Source of the DNA: an uncultured archaeon | Lineage (GTDB): Archaea; Asgardarchaeota; Thorarchaeia; Thorarchaeales; CAZPUN01 | Assembly: GCA_964589775.1 (NCBI GenBank) | Contig: CAZPUN010000013.1 | Coordinates: 3,863-67,862 of the forward strand | DNA length: 64,000 bases | Direction: 5' to 3' | Shown here: positions 59,630 to 64,000 of the stretch, one piece after another | Position numbering within the stretch: position 1 is the stretch's first letter | Layout: each line of letters begins with the position of its first letter | The notes under the pieces: generated by a model | The model's input: only the letters and a program-made list of their open reading frames with translations | What the model was told of the DNA's origin: nothing | Databases searched by the model: none | Translations under genes and position numbers: made by a program

Positions 59630-59716
59630 GCCTCGGTAGCTTAGCGGCATAGCGGCAGACTTGTATATGAATGTAAAGAAATCTGCAGGTCGCGGGTTCA
59701 AATCCCGCCCGGGGCT
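59630..59716 (+). tRNA. tRNA-Thr (UGU) with a 15-16 nt canonical intron
   Basis: Acceptor GCCUCGG/CCGGGGC, anticodon arm GCAGA-CUUGUA[intron]A-UCUGC, T-arm GCGGG-UUCAAAU-CCCGC, CCA encoded. Confidence 0.7.
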
Positions 59717-59834
59717 CCACTTATTCCAAAAAATTATTATTTGTCTGCAAAGGTTTTTATTTTAATAATCACTCTTTTATCTAAGAAGAGTTAAATATTT
59801 AATATGAGTATTTAAAAAATAATGGTGGTTCCTG

Positions 59835-60653
59835 ATGCAAATTGATGCTTCAAATTTATGGAATATGATTATAGGTGCCTTTAAACCCTTATCTGATGCT
59901 CTGAGTGGTATAGGAATTAATGTATCCCCGAGTTTCTTGTTTTTATTAATTACGGGAATTTCGGTCTTCCTACTTGTGATCTTTATAAGACGCAGAACAA
60001 GCTTACTTGATTCTGATATAATGCCAGAATATCGTGAGCTATTGGAGTCTTCTATATCTTCCCCATTGACTACGATTGAGATACGAAAGTTATCTCAAAT
60101 CAGGGACCCCAGACAATTACTAATATTGATGAAAGTGGAAGAAGCTGCTGTAGAAAATGCAATTAAGTTATTAAATGCGCTTCTTAAATCTGGTGAAATT
60201 GACGAATCATTTCATAGTTCCATTCTTAATCTGTATGATGTTAGATTAAGAAGACTTCAAGAAGTATTAGAAAAGGCTCGTGATATTGATAAACTAAAGA
60301 GAACTGAAGCTGATATTTCTCATGCTAGGCATGAATATATACGAAAGCTTGCTTCATTATCTGGTGCAGCGCCGCCTGTAGCTGGAGCGCCACCGGCAGC
60401 TGGGGCACCACCGGCAGCTGGGGCACCACCGGCAGCTGGGGCACCACCGGCAGCTGGGGCACCACCGGCAGCTGGAGCGCCGCCTGTAGCTGGGGCACCA
60501 CCGGCAGCTGGGGCACCACCGGCAGCTGGAGCGCCATCCCGCCCTGTATCAATGGCACGAGCTATTACTGGGACTGATAAGAAAAAGGAATCTCTTCAAG
60601 ATGAAATGCTTAGTGCTATTGAGCAATTAAAACAGCTTATTGAAATGGATTAA
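59835..60653 (+). CDS. membrane-anchored coiled-coil protein with an internal (GAPPAA)n low-complexity repeat
   Basis: N-terminal TM helix, coiled-coil middle, about 10 copies of APPAAG, and a C-terminal helix. Confidence 0.5.
   Translation: MQIDASNLWNMIIGAFKPLSDALSGIGINVSPSFLFLLITGISVFLLVIFIRRRTSLLDSDIMPEYRELLESSISSPLTTIEIRKLSQIRDPRQLLILMKVEEAAVENAIKLLNALLKSGEIDESFHSSILNLYDVRLRRLQEVLEKARDIDKLKRTEADISHARHEYIRKLASLSGAAPPVAGAPPAAGAPPAAGAPPAAGAPPAAGAPPAAGAPPVAGAPPAAGAPPAAGAPSRPVSMARAITGTDKKKESLQDEMLSAIEQLKQLIEMD
60366..60536. repeat. near-perfect 18-bp tandem repeat (GCACCACCGGCAGCTGGG) x about 9.5
   Basis: Direct reading. GC about 72% inside a 30% GC genome. In frame within the CDS above. Confidence 0.85.
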
Positions 60654-60723
60654 ATTATCGCGAACTTTTGTTCAGCGATATTATTTTATATTTTTATTTA
60701 CGGTTTATTTTTGGTGTTATAGT

Positions 60724-61416
60724 ATGAGTTCTGCAAAGCATAATTCTGCAAAATCTGCAATTAAAATGGTAAAAGATAACTTTACTATTGGTCTAGGTAG
60801 TGGTACTACTGTTGTTTATTTTATTGAAGAATTATCTGAATTAGTTAAAATGGGATATCATATTAAAGTGGTCCCATCCTCCTATCAGTCTTATTCATTG
60901 GCAATAGAATATAAAATACCTATTACAAATTTAGATGAATCTCCTATACTTGATATAACAGTTGATGGTGCAGATGAAGTGGATCCCGACCTAAATTTAG
61001 TAAAGGGTGGTGGTGCTGCTCTAACTCGTGAAAAAATAATTGCTTCTGCTGCTAAAGAATTAGCCATTATTGTTGATGACTCCAAGATTGTCAAGCATCT
61101 CGGTAAGCGTATTGGAATCCCTATTGAAGTCTTACCCTTTGCATGGGGATCCGTTAAGCGAAAAATTTTAGATATGGGATATGAGCCTATACTTAGAATG
61201 GCAACACGAAAAATGGGCCCTGTTATTTCTGATAATGGAAACTTCATAGTTGATGTGCAAATAAAAAATATTATAGATGATTTATACGAATTTAATCATG
61301 CTTTACTTGAAATTCCTGGCGTAATTGAAACAGGTTTATTCATTAATATGGCTGATGTAGTACATGTTGGTACCTCTGAGGGCGCCTATACCCTAAATCG
61401 GCCTAATAAAAAGTAA
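60724..61416 (+). CDS. rpiA: ribose-5-phosphate isomerase A
   Basis: GLGSGTTV and DGADEVDPDLNLVKGGGAALTREKI motifs. Start taken at the internal ATG (MSSAKH). Confidence 0.85.
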   Translation: MSSAKHNSAKSAIKMVKDNFTIGLGSGTTVVYFIEELSELVKMGYHIKVVPSSYQSYSLAIEYKIPITNLDESPILDITVDGADEVDPDLNLVKGGGAALTREKIIASAAKELAIIVDDSKIVKHLGKRIGIPIEVLPFAWGSVKRKILDMGYEPILRMATRKMGPVISDNGNFIVDVQIKNIIDDLYEFNHALLEIPGVIETGLFINMADVVHVGTSEGAYTLNRPNKK

Positions 61417-61429
61417 CGGGGCTATTTAT

Positions 61430-62008
61430 ATGAATGATACACTTGATAATTCAAAAAATAAAGATGAGAACACAATTCCTGTAGTAACTTTTGATACTCA
61501 GGAGTATATTGGCATTGTATCTCCTGAAGAATATTCAAAGATTCTTCAATCTGGACCATTTGGAACACTAATTCAGGACCAATATGTACTAACTCCAATT
61601 GAATGTATGTATTTACTTTTTAAAAATAAGATTTTTTTAATTGATTCAGATGGATCTCCAATATCAATACACCAGCTTTTGAAAATCATGCTTCCACAAG
61701 ATAAGGATATATGGACAAAATTTCTTGTATATTTTGATCTGAGGTCAAGAGGTTACTCTGTAAAGCAAGGTTTTGGACCTGGCATAAGTTTTAGATTATA
61801 TCCTCGTGGAAGTAGATTGGGTGATGATACTGCAAAAATGTTAATTTACATATTAACTGACGGTGACTCTATATCACTTGATGAATTAGAGCGAATAACA
61901 AAACTTTCAACAAGTTCAAGAAAAAAATTAATTTTTGCTCTAATTAATCCACAAGGTGAAATTACGTACTATAAAGTATCTCAAGTACCACTAAGTGAGG
62001 GAAAATAG
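61430..62008 (+). CDS. endA: tRNA-splicing endonuclease family protein (EndA fold); catalytic His not evident
   Basis: YFDLRSRGYSVKQGFGPGISFRLY matches the EndA core (Y.DLR.RG..VK.G.K.G..FR.Y). RKK is conserved, but the His position reads T/A. Confidence 0.55.
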   Translation: MNDTLDNSKNKDENTIPVVTFDTQEYIGIVSPEEYSKILQSGPFGTLIQDQYVLTPIECMYLLFKNKIFLIDSDGSPISIHQLLKIMLPQDKDIWTKFLVYFDLRSRGYSVKQGFGPGISFRLYPRGSRLGDDTAKMLIYILTDGDSISLDELERITKLSTSSRKKLIFALINPQGEITYYKVSQVPLSEGK

Positions 62009-63614
62009 TTTGAGTAATAATGAAATATATGTTTTGGATACGTCGATAGTAATTGATGGATGGTTGTCTAAGCAAATAAAATCTGGAAATTTCAATAATT
62101 CAAAAATAGTTATTCCAAATGTAGTTATCGCAGAAATCGAATATCAATCAAACCAAGGATATTCTTCTGGTCGTGCAGGATTAGATGAATTAATCGAATT
62201 ACGAAATCTAGAAAAATCTGGTTTTATTGAACTGATGTTATTTGGTGATCGCCCCTCACTAGATCAAATAAAGCTAAGTTATGGTGGTGAGCTTGATGAA
62301 CTTATTCGTGCAGTAGCTTTTGAATTAAATGCTACACTTATTACTATGGATAAAGTGCAGTCAAAAGTAGCGGAAATTCAAGGTATTAATGTAATTCTTG
62401 TAAAGCCGATGCGTGAAAATGGATATAAAATAGAAGACTTTTTTGAAAGTGATATAATGTCTATTCATTTAGCAGAAGGTAATCCTCCGCGTGCTAAGCG
62501 AGGTTCTCCAGGTAATTGGCAATTAGTCACTTTAAGTGATGATATTTTAACAAGAGACGATATTAAACTTCTAATTGAAGATATTTTCTATCACGCAAAA
62601 GCTATGCCTGATACATTTTTTGAGATACAGGATCGTGGTGCTACCGTAATCCAAATGCAAAATCTGAGAATTGTAATTACAACTCCTCCATTTTCGAATA
62701 AATATGAAATCACGGCAGTGCGTCCAATTGTTCATTTAACTATTGAAGACTATAACCTAGATAATCAATTATTGGCACGATTAGATACCCGCGCAGAAGG
62801 GATTCTTGTCGCCGGTTCTCCTGGTGCAGGAAAATCAACATTTGCTGCGGCATTGGCTGAGCGCTATGCAAATCAAAATAAAGTTGTAAAAACTATTGAA
62901 AAGCCCCGTGATTTAGAAGTGCCTGATACGATTACACAATATACTACACTTTCAGACAATATGGAACGTACAGCTGATGTTTTACTTCTTGTTCGTCCAG
63001 ATTATTGTATTTATGATGAATTACGTCGTACTGAAGATTTTCAATTCTTTGCAGATCTTAGATTTGCAGGTGTTGGTGTAGTCGGTGTTGTTCATGCAAA
63101 TGAACCTATTGATGCAGTACAACGCTTTTTATCGCGTGTCGAATTAGGACAAATCTCACGGGTTATTGATACTGTAATCTTTTTGAAAGGCGGAAAGATT
63201 ACTCATGTTTCGTCATTAAATCTTACAGTTCGTGTCCCCTCCGGACTAGCTGAAAAAGACCTTGCACGTCCTGTTGTTGAAGTTCGTGATTTTCATACTG
63301 GTGCTTTAGAATATGAAATCTATACATTTGGAGAACAAACAATTGTTGTTCCCATAAAAGGAAGCAAAAAACGGAAAGGCAAAAGAGAATCAAAGACAAT
63401 TATTCCTAGTATATCTATTGAAAAGCGCCATATTGTTATTTATGTTGGACGTGAATATGCCGATCAAAAAATAACAATATTGTCTAATGGGAAACCCTTA
63501 TTTGACGCATTTGTTGGGAAGGAAGGAGTAGCTAAAATAAGAAAGAAAACAAAGAATGGACGCCTGTTATTTGACCATATTTCAGCAGGTGCAGATATTA
63601 AAGTTCAGACTTAA
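61995..63614 (+). CDS. PIN-domain / PhoH-like P-loop ATPase / KH-domain protein (COG1855-like)
   Basis: N-terminal PIN (YVLDTSIVIDG), Walker A LVAGSPGAGKST and a C-terminal KH-like region. Confidence 0.65.
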   Translation: MRENSLSNNEIYVLDTSIVIDGWLSKQIKSGNFNNSKIVIPNVVIAEIEYQSNQGYSSGRAGLDELIELRNLEKSGFIELMLFGDRPSLDQIKLSYGGELDELIRAVAFELNATLITMDKVQSKVAEIQGINVILVKPMRENGYKIEDFFESDIMSIHLAEGNPPRAKRGSPGNWQLVTLSDDILTRDDIKLLIEDIFYHAKAMPDTFFEIQDRGATVIQMQNLRIVITTPPFSNKYEITAVRPIVHLTIEDYNLDNQLLARLDTRAEGILVAGSPGAGKSTFAAALAERYANQNKVVKTIEKPRDLEVPDTITQYTTLSDNMERTADVLLLVRPDYCIYDELRRTEDFQFFADLRFAGVGVVGVVHANEPIDAVQRFLSRVELGQISRVIDTVIFLKGGKITHVSSLNLTVRVPSGLAEKDLARPVVEVRDFHTGALEYEIYTFGEQTIVVPIKGSKKRKGKRESKTIIPSISIEKRHIVIYVGREYADQKITILSNGKPLFDAFVGKEGVAKIRKKTKNGRLLFDHISAGADIKVQT

Positions 63615-63666
63615 TGTATTATTAGAAAATCTTTTTTAATAATGCCCTATAAAAATCAATGAAAGC

Positions 63667-63786
63667 GGGCCCGTAGCCTAGCGGATAGACGAATAGGTCC
63701 AAGGCGCTGGCCTCCTAATTTTAGTTGGAGCCAGTCAGTGGTCACGAGTTCGAAAGGTAAAAAACCCGAAACTCTCGTCGGGCCCG
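63667..63786 (+). tRNA. tRNA-Arg (CCU) with three putative introns (D-loop, canonical 37/38, T-loop)
   Basis: Acceptor GGGCCCG/CGGGCCC-G-CCA, D-stem GCC/GGC enclosing 24 nt, anticodon arm CUGGC-CUCCUA[15 nt]A-GUCAG, T-arm ACGAG-UUCGAA[18 nt]U-CUCGU. Confidence 0.5.
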
Positions 63787-63799
63787 CCAATTAAAAAAG

Positions 63800-64000
63800 G
63801 TGGGTCGCTTGATTTTTGAAAAGAATGAATTAATTGAATTTTTATCACATGCAGAACGATTGGTATTAATTGGGGTAGGTAATGAGAATTTAGGAGATGA
63901 TGGTGTAGGAGTCTATATTGTAAATAGTATTCATAAAGCCACAAAATCTAATTTTGTATTAAATGGTGGTAGCGTTCCCGAAAATATTACTCACAAATTA
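63800..64000 (+). CDS. hydrogenase maturation protease (HycI/HyaD family), 3' end outside the window
   Basis: LVLIGVGNENLGDDGVGVYIV matches the GxGN..xDDGxG signature. GTG/TTG start after an A-rich SD. Confidence 0.6.
   Translation, partial: MGRLIFEKNELIEFLSHAERLVLIGVGNENLGDDGVGVYIVNSIHKATKSNFVLNGGSVPENITHKL

Noticed and set aside
63735-63944. 69-aa minus-strand ORF
   Set aside because: It overlaps tRNA-Arg and the 5' end of the hydrogenase maturation protease gene on the other strand.
1-64000. Scan for CRISPR arrays, transposases, integrases and IS elements
   Set aside because: No regularly spaced direct repeats with unique spacers were found. The only tandem repeat is the in-frame 18-bp repeat at 60366. 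No transposase- or integrase-like ORFs were seen.

Overview
This is an AT-rich (about 30% GC) archaeal chromosomal segment with tightly packed genes, many with 4-nt start/stop overlaps and Shine-Dalgarno-led TTG/GTG starts. It holds a large share of the information-processing core. On the DNA side: PolD large and small subunits, Orc1/Cdc6 beside a recognisable oriC (ORB repeats), RPA, primase DnaG, XPD helicase, type IA topoisomerase and a RadA paralog. On the transcription and translation side: TFE, an Elf1-like factor, aMBF1, NAC-alpha, Pelota, GatD/GatE, EngB and the proteasome-activating nucleotidase PAN. Metabolic genes include the glycine cleavage T and H proteins, a DHPS-like/MptE-like pterin pair, a SufS-type desulfurase, indolepyruvate:ferredoxin oxidoreductase IorAB, the alpha subunit of ADP-forming acyl-CoA synthetase, HypF and a partial hydrogenase maturation protease, PGK, RpiA, GlmM-type phosphohexomutase, CDP-archaeol synthase and a lone A/V-ATPase subunit D. 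Two GC-rich RNA islands carry an SRP (7S) RNA, a stand-alone 5S rRNA and ten tRNA genes. Eight of those ten tRNA genes appear to carry introns, most at non-canonical positions (D-loop, T-loop, variable loop), several with two or three introns. One is a tRNA-Trp whose intron contains box C/D motifs and an antisense element to its own anticodon loop. An EndA-family protein lacking the catalytic His is encoded nearby. Other features worth follow-up are an iteron-like TGTGAAT repeat array plus two small genes inserted between cdc6 and oriC, a translationally coupled TtuA-like/nucleotidyltransferase/radical-SAM operon, an orphan ExeA/TniB-like AAA+ ATPase with an RHH partner, a GC-rich non-coding island and an 18-bp tandem repeat encoding (GAPPAA)n. 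No CRISPR array, transposase or integrase was seen. RNA coordinates were placed by hand and may be off by 1-2 nt.
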